Shown: positions 38,151 through 51,554, counted from the first letter of the stretch. The stretch is 64,000 nt of DNA from Lama guanicoe (GCA_013239625.1 MU053513.1:1290927-1354926), one strand, 5' to 3'. The notes: generated from the sequence alone by a model not told the origin. Numbers and translations are program-made.

Positions 38151-38844
38151 GACTGAGAGGGGGATGCATAGACAACTAAGGCCTTGACATCAGAGCGGGG
38201 AGATTCCCTTCAGGAGACACAAAGCAGAGCAGGAGCAGGGCTAGCCCTAGAGGTAAGGGACTGGCCACAACCAGGTAAGAGAAATGAGAAGTCAGGCTAC
38301 AGTTTCAGCAGATGCTGAAGTGAAAACCAGGTACCAGGGCCAAAAATCATCTAAAACTTGACCACCCATGATAAAGATTAGGTAGGAAGGCTAAAGTCCA
38401 AAACTCAGCCAAGTGCTCCCTGTACCAAGATTCTCCCAACCCAGACACTAGTCATAGAAACCACAATGCACCATTGTCAAGCCACTCTTCATAACTGAGA
38501 GGGAACTCCAGACAAGATCTAGTATTCCTTCTAACTGGCAAATTAGGGGACCGAGCTACAGAAAGCAAATGACTAGTGGCAACTGGGCCAAATTGGTGAC
38601 AACAGAGATTGACAGCCATGTTATTACCCTCATTGAACAGAAGATGAAGCTAAGGCTGGGTGGATTAAATGACTTGTGTAAGAGCATACAGCCAGGAAAT
38701 GACGGGGCCAAAAAATGCAACACAAAACTGTAGTTTTCAAATCCTAGAAGATTTGTTCAGCACATGGAGCCTGCTGGTTACTTAAAGCCGACCTGCAGCA
38801 GGCTTAGACAATGACTGTTCTGGCATTATTCCAAATCCCATTCA

Positions 38845-39012
38845 ACCTTGCTACTCACGGCGTGGCCCACGGAGTAACCACAGCAACAACTTGGAAACGT
38901 GTTAAAAATGCAGACTCTTAGACCCCAGCCCACACCTGATGAATCAGAACTTGGTTTTAACAAGATTCCCAGGTGGTCTGTGTGTACATTACACTTGGAG
39001 AAGCACTGCTCT
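38845..39012. mobile_element. MER5A hAT-Charlie MITE
   Basis: gttaaaaatgcagactcttagaccccagcccacacctgatgaatcagaacttggttttaacaagattcccaggtgg...gagaagcactgctct. Confidence 0.85.
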
Positions 39013-39769
39013 GGCCCATGCTGCCTCGCTCCTTTTCACAGAAGTCTCTTTTTTTCCTGAAGGAAGACCATAGCTCATAAATCAAGAGCAAAAAGTATTT
39101 TATATCATGGGGCAAAAAGAGAGCAGTTCAGAGAAGAAAGAGTTCAGAGAAGGCAAAGAACGTCCAGCTGAAGAGATCTGGGGATGAAAGGGTAGGACCT
39201 GTGTAGGTGGTAACAGGGGACGGGGGTGACCTTTGCACGGGGAAACACTCAGGGCAGCAGAGGGCAGAATATGCAGAAAAATGGCAGGTGGTTCTGTCCT
39301 GCTGGATCCTAAGGTGTGTGAAAAGCCATGACAATACCTGCTTGACGGGAAAATTAGGGACAGGATGGGGATTTTATTAGATGACAGGAATTAGGACTTT
39401 ACTATGTAGGCAGTGCCCTACAGTTGGAGGGTTTTGAGCAGAGGACTAACAGGCTCAAAATTAAACTGTTAATTTAAAGGTTAACTTATATTAGGCTATA
39501 TGTCCATAGAGGTAGAAGACCAAAAAGGAAACCACTCTCTGGTGGCAGATGAAAGGTAGTGAGACAGACTTGGGGAGGGGCGGCAGCGGGAATAAAGAGG
39601 AGATGGAGGATTTAAGAGCCACCGTACAGAAACCTTCACACACATGCAGCTTCAGAATGGAGCCTTGGAATTGTCCGCCTCTTTTAGCATCTGTTCGTTA
39701 GCGCCACAGTGCTCTGCGTGGGCAGAGACTTACTGCATCTCTGTTGTTAAAACAAACATTTCAAACAGC

Positions 39770-39933
39770 GAAAAAGAATGTGACAATGAATATATGTATG
39801 TTCACGTATAACTGAAAAATGGTGCTCTACCCTGGAAATTGACACAACGTTGTAAACTGACTATAACTCAATAAAAAAAAGTTTAAAAAAAAAAAGAAAG
39901 TCAAACTAACAATAAATAGTATGACCTACAGTA

Positions 39934-39962
<29 letters not shown>
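39770..39962 (+). mobile_element. Short young L1 tail with A-rich extension
   Basis: aaaaagaatgtgacaatgaatatatgtatgttcacgtataactgaaaaatggtgctctac...ctataactcaataaaaaaaa. Confidence 0.85.
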
Positions 39963-39964
<2 letters not shown>

Positions 39965-40171
39965 AGCAGAGCCCCTGCAGTGTCTGACTCATTGTAAATT
40001 CCCCCAAAATTTGTGTTGAATATTTTTGAATATATGCTGAATATCAGGAAGACAAGTGCTGTAAGCTGAGAGCTGAGAGCTGAGATTTGAAAAATATATA
40101 CTCAACTTAGTGCTTTTCACAGTCGGTGGAATTCTCTCCATAGATTTCTTCGCTCAAACTGGCATTGAAAG

Positions 40172-40201
40172 CAATAAATAAATAAATAAATAAATAAATA
40201 T
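40172..40201. repeat. (AAAT)n microsatellite
   Basis: Seen directly. Confidence 0.9.
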
Positions 40202-40579
40202 AAAAAAAATATATTTACATCAAACATTGTCCAATTTAAATAACTGCCTACTGCAGCAAAGTAAAAGCTCCTGCAGGTGCCTGATTGCCCTTGATGAACT
40301 GCTTAAGTTTAGTTTTCTGAACTTACAGTACTGTGGACTAGTCTGAACTCATAACCCCACTAAGGACAGGCATCAGTCGGACCCAAATGGCTGGCTTGTT
40401 CACTCTCAGAGAAATGCCATCCTAACTGCAATTACTAGTAATTATTTTTTAAAACGTCCCATTGATTCTTTTTCCCACTTCCTCTCTCTCTCTCCCCCTC
40501 CCTCTATCAGTTCTATAATATAAAAACTCATTAAGCACAAGAAAAAGCATTACTTGTTCCCAGGGTTATGCCACAGTGC

Positions 40580-40783
40580 TGTGTTGACATTCTGGGTCAG
40601 ATAATTTGGGGGGTTGAGAGGGAAACTACTCTGTACACTGTAGGCCTCTCCCCACTAGGTGCCACTTTCAACCCATTGCCCCCATCCCCACCCCCGCCAG
40701 TGTGATGACCTGAAATATCTCCAGACATCACAAATGTGCCCCGGGAGCTAAACCCCACCCCCACCCCGATGGAGAACCACTGC
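40580..40783. mobile_element. MER20 hAT-Charlie DNA transposon
   Basis: ttgacattctgggtcagataatt...gtgatgacctgaaatatctccagacatcacaaatgtgcccc...gagaaccactg. Confidence 0.85.
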
Positions 40784-42898
40784 TCTAGAGCACTGCGAAC
40801 CGCAGGCCCACGGTTCATGCTGAGTGATGTCACAAATGCAAGCGAGACCTGGGGTGGGGGTGGATTCCTTGGAAGGCTGGGAACCCTGATATGTACTTCT
40901 TTGAGCTCATTATTTGGAGCAGCTTAACTTAATCAACCCACACTCCTACTCCGTTTACTCTTTAGTTAATCATTTCCATGCTAATGAGTTTTCCTAAGTG
41001 TCCCACAAAATCACCCAGGATTCCAAGTTATCCCAGAAAATGTTCACTTTGCACTGGGAAGTGATGTTTGAGTTCCATGCCAACAGGACACGGAGTACCT
41101 AACGGAGGCGTCTTTCTAAGAGGCTGCACATATATAATCAATTAAAAATCTCTGTAGTGAGAACTCAAGTACTGAATTAAAAGCAAGAAAAGAGGACTAC
41201 ACCCAGCATAGCAGGAATTACAGTTACCACAGGGCTGGAGAACTTGACAGGGAACAAACGAAGCACTGTCAATATGCCTTTTCATCAGATTGGATTCACA
41301 TTGCCTCAAACCTAAGGAGTTTCATCCAAAACTTTCAGTGCGGTTTGGCAGGAGCCAAACCACACGCTTGAAACACTGAACTTCAGAAGTAAATCAAAAC
41401 CCCGACAAGTTTTGCCAGCTCAGACCAGAGCCACACTTACAAAGATGACCAGACTAGTAAGAAAACCAGCATGGAAATGGGGTTTTCAGCATTTCTCCAT
41501 TTGCTGGCACTGGTTACTGGTCCTGCCAAGTCTCCAGTCACACATTCAAGCCCTTGAAAACACAGAATCCTTTGGGATTGTAAAGCGCCACTCATATGTT
41601 GTTTGTTTGTTATTTTGGACCACTGAGTAAATACTGCCGCAAATCCTTCACCGATATCTCAATGGAAATAGACTTTAGAATTTGGAAAAAGCAGATTGCA
41701 GATAATTTTTCTCTAAAAAAAAATGTTAGTTGCACGATTATAATCTGCTTCTCATTATATTTGTGCTATTCAAATCATGCATAGCCCATAAAATCTCAGA
41801 ATGAGCCATAAATAAAATAACAAGAATTGAAAAATTCCGTACTCCCAAACTGTTCGTGGAAGGCAGCAGCAAAACCGTACATCTCTTATTTGTCTCCTTC
41901 TGGATCAAATTCTAGATAACGATTCTGGCAGAAATGTTCCCTATCTTATTTGAAGGGCCACAAGTGACAGATACTCAGCAAAAAGCGAATAACCAGGGCA
42001 GGGAAATGAACATTGGAACGCAGGGACTAAGCAGACGCGCCAGTGACTGGGGTGACCTCTTCTTGTGTGTCCGTTCACACGCGGGATGATGCATGAAGAT
42101 GTCACTGCCTTAATTTCCGTTAGAAAAAAAATTAAGGGAGAGAGATATTAGTAACCATTTCAAGAGATTGTCTCCATTGGAGGTTTACTGTTTATTCACT
42201 CGAGAAACATTTCTCGAATACATCTGTGCGTGACATGTTTCCTGGCTTTAATGAGCTTACAATGTGAGGGAGAAACAATAGATTCATGGTAATTAACTGG
42301 CAGATAAGAGATAAGAATAATAAGCACAATAAAAGATGTGAGATAGATCGCAGTGGGAATTTGGAGGAAAGAGATTGATTCCTGCTGTGAAAATCAAAGG
42401 AGTCTCCATGGAAAAGGTAACCTTTGCTCCAGAACTTCAAAGCCTCGCTCAAATGCATTCCTAGAGGAAGCTTTCATAATTCCCACTGTCAAAATACTTC
42501 CCGGAAGCACTTTTCCCAGATCCTATTATAGCTTCGTTCTTGGTACCTGTCTGTCTTCGCACTAGAGGAAGTGCTTTGAGGGCAGGAGCGAGTCGCTGTG
42601 GAATCTCATCTCCCCACGTTGCTGCCCAGCACAAAACCCACGCATCATAGCTACTTAGTACACACTACGATTTGATCTGACCTGGAAAATGAGATGGTTT
42701 GTTGACTAGCGTTGTGGTCTGCGTGAGTCCCTGGAGTGGAAGCTGGCTGCCCCTGGCTGCTTCCCCGGCCCTGGCGGTCACACAGTCTGCCATGAGCAAC
42801 TGACAACACGATGCCCAGTAACTGGACTCAGACGGAACGTGGTCGCCCTCCACGTCTAACACCCCCTAGCACGTGTCCCGCTTCTCTCCTTGACTCAC

Positions 42899-43039
42899 CT
42901 CACCCCGCGGGAGACAGGATGGCTTATCAGACTGATGGATTTGGGAAGAACTGGGCATTCTCCCCATTTCTTCCTCTAGGGAGCCAGCTTTGGGCAGGTC
43001 TGACCCCACATGAGGAGGCCCACTATAGTCTGGCACCGC
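42899..43039 (-). other. Candidate 141-nt exon (phase 0 open: AVPDYSGPPHVGSDLPKAGSLEEEMGRMPSSSQIHQSDKPSCLPRGE)
   Basis: Acceptor ctttcttacacacccgttcccag|G and consensus donor GAG|gtgagt at 42898. Peptide not recognised. Confidence 0.3.
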
Positions 43040-44186
43040 CTGGGAACGGGTGTGTAAGAAAGTCTGATGAATCGTAGGTTTCATTTATAATTTCAGTCCT
43101 ACACTAACCTACTTCTTCCAACCATATTATTGATTAAGTTCATCCTTTGTATTCGATCGATCCGTGTTAGTGGAATGTAACAAACCATATGACCAGGAAT
43201 TTGTGTCTGTTTTGTTTACTGATTCTAACCCAGCTTCTAGAACAGTGCCTGGCCCAAAATAGGCAGTCAATAAATATTTGGCCATTTATTGAATTAACTT
43301 GTTCAAAACCTGATCAAGAGAGAGGATACTACGTATGGGTCCCCATCATAAGCCCCAAAACTACCTCAAATAGACATTTAATAAATGTGTGCTGAGAGAA
43401 TGAATGATCTTCTCAGCAATCACAACTTGTATACGTTTGCAAAAATCTTCTCCTCTTCCTTGTACTTAAAAAGATGAATGGTTTAAGACATGAATTTTTC
43501 CAATATTCTGAGATAACAGTTTTATTTAGCTACAGAGAATGTTGAATTTTGCCTGTTGCATAAGTTCCATAGCAAGTGCTCAGAGCTAGGTCTAACCACC
43601 ACCCAGGCCCAGCTCCAGTCTCTGATCTGTGGAATAGATTTAACCGGGGATACTGGGTCCCCCTGGACAGCCAATCCAGTGTCCTCTCATGTGCTACCAG
43701 AGTGTAAGCTGTCCAGAGAAAAATATTATGTGGTTTTTTAGCTGATAGGGATCTTAACTCTATTACAAGATTCCAATCTAAGGGTTTCCATTTTGCACGT
43801 AAGTAGCAAAAAATAGGAACAGGTACTTCCAGAACCCGACCTTCAGCAAATAATAACGTGAAATTATCTTGTTATCTTGTTCCTCGTTGCCTTTGTGTTT
43901 TTTTGCTGTTTAAGAAAAAATGAGGAAAATGGAGACAGAAAGAAAATCAATTTTTCCTCCTTTGGAAATGAATTATGAAGTCATTTTGGCAAACTAAGAC
44001 CAAAGCAAGTATCCAAAAATGAATGTATCATCGATGAAAAGCTTTAAGATAATCATTCAATGTTTTAAAGAGGTTTCCTAGATTTAGACTAATGTTAAGA
44101 TCGGTTTGATTTTACGTTTAGACTAATTTGAGAGCCCCGTGTGGGCAAGAGCTCTGATACAATTGACCAAAACTCCTTATGATCTT

Positions 44187-44586
44187 AGAGATTATCATAC
44201 TACGTGAAGTATGCCAGACAAAGACAAATGTTATATCATATCACTTCCATGTGGAATCTAAAAAGTAATTCAAATGAATTTATTTACAAAACTGAATTAG
44301 ATTCACAGTCATAGAAAACAAACTTATGGTTACCAAAGGGGGGGAGTGGGGGAGGGAGAAATTATGAGTATGGGATTAGCAGATACACATGACTTCATAT
44401 AAAATAGATAAGCAACAAGGACTTACTGTATAGCATAGGGAACTATATTCAATATCTGGTAATAACCTATAATGGAAAATAATATAAAAACATATATATA
44501 ACTGAATCACTTATACTGTACACCTGAAACTAACACAATATTGTAAGCCAACTATACTTCAATTAAAAATAAATAAATAAATACAT
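44187..44586 (+). mobile_element. Young L1 3' end with TSD
   Basis: agagattatcatactacgtgaagt...caactatacttcaattaaaaataaataaat; TSD actccttatgatctt (44172-44186) / actccttaaggtctt (44587-44601). Confidence 0.9.
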
Positions 44587-44834
44587 ACTCCTTAAGGTCT
44601 TGATAAACTTAAAACTGACATGGATCTTTAAGATGCAAATAAACAGCTGACAGGATGTGAGGCATACAGTAATGTCAAGCTGCCGGACCAAACAAATGAT
44701 TCTAATAAGAACAGGTTTTTGGCTCAAGATGCTAAGATAGTCCAATCTGCCTTTGTTTTTGTTTTTCCTATGATAAAGCACTTTTTTTTACCTCATTTTA
44801 CTGTGGTTGGCTTTATTTCATTTTAAAGATACTG

Positions 44835-45010
44835 ATTTTTTTTTACTTTAATATATTTTTATTGACTTACAGTCATTTTACAATGTTCAGTTAATTTCTA
44901 GTGTCCAGCACAATGCTTCAGTCGTATAGGAACATACATATATTCGTTTTCTTATTCTTTTTCACCATGTTACTACGGGATATTGAATATAGATCCCTGT
45001 GCTATACAAT
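44835..45010 (-). mobile_element. Young L1 3' end
   Basis: ttttattgacttacagtcattttacaatgtt...gatattgaatatagatccctgtgctatac. Confidence 0.85.
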
Positions 45011-45589
45011 ATGATAAAGGATTTTAAATCAGTCATTTGTCTTCTCAATATAATCTTTGAGAGTCAAATTAGGAGGCCAAACATTTTCACCTCATCTGTT
45101 ATTTATTTAAATTATAGAGAAGTAGATGTGAGGAAAGATACGAGAAAAGAAAAGGGGGAAGGATAGAGTTGGCTGTACGGACAAAATGAGCAGAAGGGGG
45201 AAGAAAAGACAATTGTCCAAGAAATGAACACAGAGCAATAAATAGGAGGAAACAAAGTTGGAATCTGAAGTTAGCAATGATGATAATGTAGAAAGAAAGA
45301 CAGTTCAAAGGTAGTAATTTTCGGAATGATGAGTTCACTGAAACTGACCTGAGAGGAATCTCTGAAACCCCTTACCCATGTCCCTCCATCCCTGCAACAG
45401 CAAAAGCAGTAGCTTTCCTTGGGGAGGACCGTGCAACAAAAATCATGTACGGATGTAAAAGTTCACTGTGTCTGGATTTCTCCTTCTCGCTCATCTATTC
45501 CTTTGTATGGCTCTGCCCTTCCAATGTGTTTGGCCTTGAGAGTCTCATGGTGCTTAATAATGACAGAAACAAGACAGGGCTTTGGCATT

Positions 45590-46106
45590 TACGGTGGATT
45601 AAAGGCATCCACAAACACTTTGACACTCCTCCAACAGAAAGATGGTGTCTATATCCCTCCCCCTTGAGTGTGGGTGGCCCCTGTATCTACTTTGACCAAT
45701 AGTTTATGGAAGTAAAGCTGTGGCCCAAATCTTAATAGTCTAGCAGTTCTGTTTCCTGTCTCTTGGAACACTTGTTCTTGGAAACCAGATACCATGTTTT
45801 GAGAAAACCCAAGCATCTCAAGGGAGAGGCCCAACAGGAAAAATTTAAAAAGTACCCCCCCAGCCTTTTTCCAGGCTGAGTTACCAGCTACCAGTCAGCA
45901 CCAGCTTGTTAGCCATGGAATGAGCCATCTTGGAAGAGGATCCACCAGCCACAGTTAAACTACCCCAGCTGACGTCATGTGGAAGAGAGAACAGCCCTCC
46001 CTGCCAAGCCCTGCCCAAAATGCAGATTTGTAAGCAAAAGGAATAGTGTTGTTTTGAGCCACTGGGTTTTAATGTGGTTTATTACACAGCAATGAATAAC
46101 TAGACA
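45590..46106 (+). mobile_element. MaLR solo LTR (MLT1F/G-like)
   Basis: ccacaaacactttgacactcctccaacagaaagatggtgtctatatccctccccc...ccaagccctgcccaaaatgcagatt...acacagcaatgaataactagaca. Confidence 0.85.
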
Positions 46107-47429
46107 GTCCTCCAGCAGAATAAGTACATTTCACGTCAACAAAGCATCTCTGACAGTAGATAAAGGTTGAAAACAGAAGGACATTTTAATATCTAGATTA
46201 GGTGAATAAATATTTTGTTTCTTTCTCTCTCTCTCTCTCATCATCTTCAAGGTCTTGTCCTTCAATCTTTTAATATTGTGAAAGAAAAAAAAAAGCCTTT
46301 AACCAGAACCTTCTGTCCTTGGTTACATGTGGTTCATTGACTCACGTGGCTGTTTGAGACCTCAAAACATTAGAAACAATGACTAAGCGACTAAGCTAAG
46401 CAAGTAAAGAGAAGCTCACATGGCCTAGTCAGTCTGCTCCCAGCGTGCCTGTTTGTCATTTGTAGCCGTAGTCTCCAGAAAAGTCTTAACGGACAGGGGC
46501 ATTCCTTCGAAGGATGTTTAAACTGACCTTGTTTCAGTTCTACAAATCTAGTCCAAAAAACTTCGATGAGCAACTTCCTAGACATGTGCGCATGGCCCAC
46601 TTTGTTTTCTTCACTGGGTATCAGTTTGAAAATCGGCAGCAAGATGACAAGAATCAAGCTAACCTGGTGCATTCACTCAACAGGTCGTTTGGCTTCTGCA
46701 CGTACACACTGGTGCCTCCTCGCCCACATCACAGGGCAGTGCAGGCGTTGCATTTCCCGCCCTGCTCTGCCACGTGCTTATCTGTCCCCAGCGCTGGTCC
46801 AGCCATGCCTGGAGAGGCTGCGTCAGGCCTCATCTTCTTTCTACGCTCAGTTCTTCACAGTGCTTGGCACACAGTCAGTGCTTAGTATGCATTCGTAAGT
46901 GAACTACTCAATGAAATAACTAGCATTCATATTTAAACATAGTCTAAAGTTGCCCGCGGAGGAGCAACCCACTCCTGGTGGGGATACAGGAAAGTCGCTT
47001 TCTTCCCAGAGCTGTCCATCCACTCCGTGTAAGCACAAACGCGAGTCCTATCCCTCACTATATGCCTTTGGATTGGACTTTGATATTCAGTTTCATGACT
47101 ATGACCAAAGTACAACATTTATTCTGGGTAATATTTAACTTTCCCAGAATATTTAATTTTTAAAGATTAGGGCCACTTTATTCCAACCAGAGGCAGAGGC
47201 TGAATGAGGCTTGTGAGAAGGTAGACACAGGTTCTCTGCACTTAGCAGGCTCTGCGCTTCTGCTTCTTTCATAGGTAATAGTGTTTATTGACCAGAAGTG
47301 TGGGAATATTAAAATTTCACAACATTTTTCAGTTGGAGAAGATTTTATTTCTAAAAGGGTGATTCCCCTTCTTAGAAGTCTGGGTTTTCAGAGCTAATTT
47401 TCATCAAGGAAAAAAAATGAGAAGATTAT

Positions 47430-49310
47430 GTAGTTCAATAGATTTTTTTCTCTATTTCTATAAAAAATTGCTTCAAAGTCTGTTTCATATAATATTAATA
47501 TTGCTTCTCGAACTTTCTTTTGGTTAGTATTAGCCCAGTACATCTTTTTCTATGCCTCTAACTTTCAAACATCATGTGCGGGTTTGTTTTAGATACTTGT
47601 CTTGTAAGAATCACAGAGTGCTGGATTGTTTCAATCCAAGCGCATGGACTTTTAATAAATGTGTTCAATATATTTATGTTTATTGTGATTACTGACCTTT
47701 TGGGAGTGGTTTCTCCTGTTTTATTTCACATTTTCTATTTGCCATCCTTTTTCCTTGGTGCTTTTTCTTTTCCTTTTCTGCTGGATGAATAAAGATTTCT
47801 ACAGTCCCTTTTTTTCTTCTGCAGGTTTGGGAGTCATAGATTTTAACTTTATTGTGGGTGTTACTTTTAATTTTTTAAATCCATACAGTGGCAGAGACTG
47901 GCTAACTGTTCATTAACCCTATCCTTCTCTCCTGGACACTGAGCTAAACTATATTTCCCGGCCTCCCCTGAAGTTGGGCAGGTGTGGCTACTGGACTGAG
48001 CTCTAGCCAAGCCAATGGAGTGTGTGTAGCAGTGAGGAATGCCACTCCTAAGCGTGGTCCATTAGAACCTCCATTCCCCGCCACTCCCACCCCTTGCCAG
48101 CTATGTGTCAATGCCCTAAGGAACTTTTGGAAAGCCTTCTGTTGAACATAAACCATTTATGAGTCTGGTTTGTTGAATGATAACATGGAGAGAGAGACAT
48201 CACCAGGATCTCTCTCTGCCACTAATTGGAATATGGGTTATTAAGAAATAAACTGTATTGAACTACTGAGTTTCCATAGCTAAAGTTACTTTAATTAATT
48301 TAATACTTCACTATAAATGTTCATTTAATAATTAGCCTTATTTAATATCTCTGATTGGCACTTAGACAAGAACTTAAGATGATATGACTGCCCACTGGAC
48401 TCCTCTTTCATCATTATCGTATTATTTAGAGGTTGTTTTCACATTCTTTTTAGCATGTTATTTTCATAGTGATTAATTAATTGCATTTATTCACGTATTT
48501 TTACCAATTTTGCTTTCACTATTGACTCTTGCATCCTATGTCTTTTCTCTGGGTTCACTCTTCTACTATTAAGATAGAAATAGTTTCTTCCATAAGCGTC
48601 TATATGTAATAAACTTTCTTAAACTGTCTTCAGCCTGAATGATAGCTTAGCCAGTATGAAGTATAGGTTGACAGTTAACTTCTCTCATTTCTTTAAAGAT
48701 ATTAGTCATTGTCACCTGGCAATCTGCTGCTCCTGGTAAGAAATCTACTAGTCATGGAATTGTTGTTCCTTTGTAAGTAAGCTGTCTTTTCTCTTTGATA
48801 GTTCTCAAGGTTTTCTCTCTGTTCTTGGTATTCTGTGGTTTTATCTCAACATCTTCAAGTGTGATTTATCACTATTATCCTATTGGGTACTCAGACTACA
48901 CTTTCAGTGTAAAGATTCGTGCATTTTTTTCACACCTTAAAAATTCTCACCCATAATTTTTCTAGTCAATGCTTCTCCATCATCCATCTTCTTCTGAAAC
49001 TTCTATTAGAAGTATGTTGAAGCTCCTCAATCTAACTTTCATTTCTCTTAAACCGGCTTTTATATTTTTATAACTCATTGTTTCTCTGTTCTGCAATCCA
49101 GTGGAATTCCTCCGTGTTGTGTCTCCAACCAATTTTTCTCTTGTCAAGTAAGATCAACACAGACTGTATTCTCTGTTGGATTTTCATTTCAATAATTACA
49201 TGTATTATTTGCAAGATTCCTAGTTGGTTCTTTTCTATATTCACCTATTCTTTTCCATTTCTGCCTGTTTTGTTCAAGGTCTGCATTTTTTTTTTATATT
49301 TCAAATATGG
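47430..49310 (-). mobile_element. Old L1 (L1ME-like) fragments, interrupted by an LTR
   Basis: actttcttttggttagtattagcccagtacatctttttc; gaatgatagcttagccagtatgaagtataggttgacagtt. Confidence 0.65.
47888..48300 (+). mobile_element. MaLR LTR (MLT1J-like)
   Basis: tggcagagactggctaactgtt...gctaaactatatttcccggcctcccctgaagttggg...aagaaataaactgtattg. Confidence 0.75.
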
Positions 49311-49399
49311 TTTCTCTATCTGTGTTGTATATTTGGAGCAAATAGTGAATGCCAAAGAATGAACTTAACACACTATTTTGACCAAAAGTTTAGAGTAGG

Positions 49400-49835
49400 T
49401 GAAAGTACAGACAAATAAACTCAGAATATAATGATTCAAAAACATAATGGAATTTTTGTCATTGTTTCTTGTTTGTTCTCTCACTCAAGTTCAGGACGAC
49501 AGGTTGGAAGGATCAACAACATGACAGGTGGTTTCCATCCAGGCCTTTATGGACCTAGGCTACTGGAAGCACTGCCATCTTCAACACAAGGCTTCCATAA
49601 TTTCTCTGGATGTCACCATCCCATGCAAAAGCCCATGGAAGAGCAAACCTGGAAGATTTTATGGGTCAGACTTGGAAGGATCACTTGCAACTTCTGTTCA
49701 GCTCCCACTGGAGTCCACACGGGCCTATGACCACACCTAACCTCAGGCTGGAGAGCACAGGCGGGCTGTGCCACTCTGTACCTTGCTACCAGAAGTGAGA
49801 AGACTTTTGGTCGGCATCTGGTACTTTCTGCTACA
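49400..49835 (-). mobile_element. Degraded MaLR LTR (MLT1-like)
   Basis: ggacctaggctactggaagcactgccatcttcaacacaaggcttcc...tttctgctaca end. Confidence 0.5.
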
Positions 49836-51554
49836 ACACTCAAAGGGCCACTCTACTGAAAAGTGTACTAAACATTGCAGTGATGTCTTCCAACACTCTC
49901 CAGGAACTTAAAATACAAGCAGTATCAAATGTCTTTACATTCAAATATACAACTTTTTTATTTCTTTCTTTAAAGCAACAGAAATGTCCCCTGAGGTCAT
50001 TTTATGCTTATTCTTAAGATCATGAGATGCTTTACCACAAACCAAACATGTTGTTAACATTCTTGATGCTACCGTAAAGTTGTGTTCCTAACATTCCCTC
50101 CACCAACCAAGGGATGTGACCCAGGAGAGTCATTCCCACAGAAAGTCTCCCTAAGGTACACCTTTGGACTGAGGGCCCCTATTTCTTTTTTCTGTCTATG
50201 TATTTCCTATAACATATGTTACTCCTAAACTGATTTATGAAAACTTTTCTTCCAACTAACTTCTGAAAGTCTCATTTTCTTAAGACTCCAAGAAAGAACT
50301 ATAACTAGGAACTCAGTTAAGTAATAATTTTTAAAAATTGCAATAATTGACTGAGGATGCTCATTTTTATTCTCATTTTATAAATGAGCAAACTAAGGCT
50401 CAGAGAGCTTGGGTAATTTGCTCAGTGCCCCAGTTAAATGTGATCAAGCAAGGACTCAAAACCAGCACAGACTCTAAATCCTACCTACAATCTACAAACT
50501 ATGCAAGAACTTTCCAGGTAAATGTATGCTCTATTTTAGCTAAGACTTCAACTCCAAATTACTGTCAGCTCCTTTTCTTTGCTGATCCAGGCTGTGCCTT
50601 GTGGGCTTCAAGAACCCCTCTAGCCCAGTTAGAATAAGATCTAGACTAAATGTAGGCCTTTAGCAACCTGGGCCATGACCCCTTTACCCTTGGCTTCATC
50701 TGATAGTTGGCTGTTAGGATCTTTTCACTCTAATGTTAAGAAAAGAAAGAAAAAGAGAGAGCACCCTTCTCCCTAAGACTTCACTCTGATCATCCCAAAC
50801 AAGAGGAACCTGTAAACACCCTAGATACCAAGAGCATGGGAGAGAAGAAAGGCAACAGAATGCATCATGAAAAAGAGAGAACTTTGTATTATACACCCTG
50901 TATAAAAGACCCCTGGTGTGACCTTGCTAACTCCATTTGTCCTTGACCAGGCCAGAGCCTGTCTATCTTGGAGTGCAAGGAAGGAATGCCTTGAGCTCCC
51001 CCTGAAACACAGTCAGCTGAACATTTTTGTCTCCAGAAGCTGTGATATTGTCCCCATTGGGAGACAATGCCCAGCTGAGAATCACTATGACTTCTCTATC
51101 CAAGCCAACCAAGATTCTGTTGAATTTTATCTTTTTATAATTGTGTTATTATAACAACAGGTTTCCTTTTCATTTTTAAGTATAAATCTATGCACTTTTA
51201 TGCACTGAATATGCTTTTTCAAGCCATGCATGCATCTCACCACAGAGTCCGCTGTTATTTTTCCATGATTGAGAATCACTGCTCAGAAAGAGAGAGTAAT
51301 AATCCGCTGTTTTACTTTAAAATATATTACTTTATTAATTTAACTTAAAGCTTTAATTTGAGACTACAGAATGAAGTTACATAGAGAATTTCTCTTAACC
51401 TAAAATTACCAAAATATCTTAATAAGTCCACAGCATTCCTACTATAGGCTTTACATTTAACTCCCCATATACAATAAGCCTAATAAAACTGACAATTATT
51501 GAGTGTGTATAAGTGACAGACACTGGACCACAGGCTTTCATGCTAAGAATGGAG

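Noticed and set aside
42900..42990. miR-21 gene paralogue
   Set aside because: No pre-miR-21 flanks and no complementary 3' arm; kept only as a possible antisense target site.
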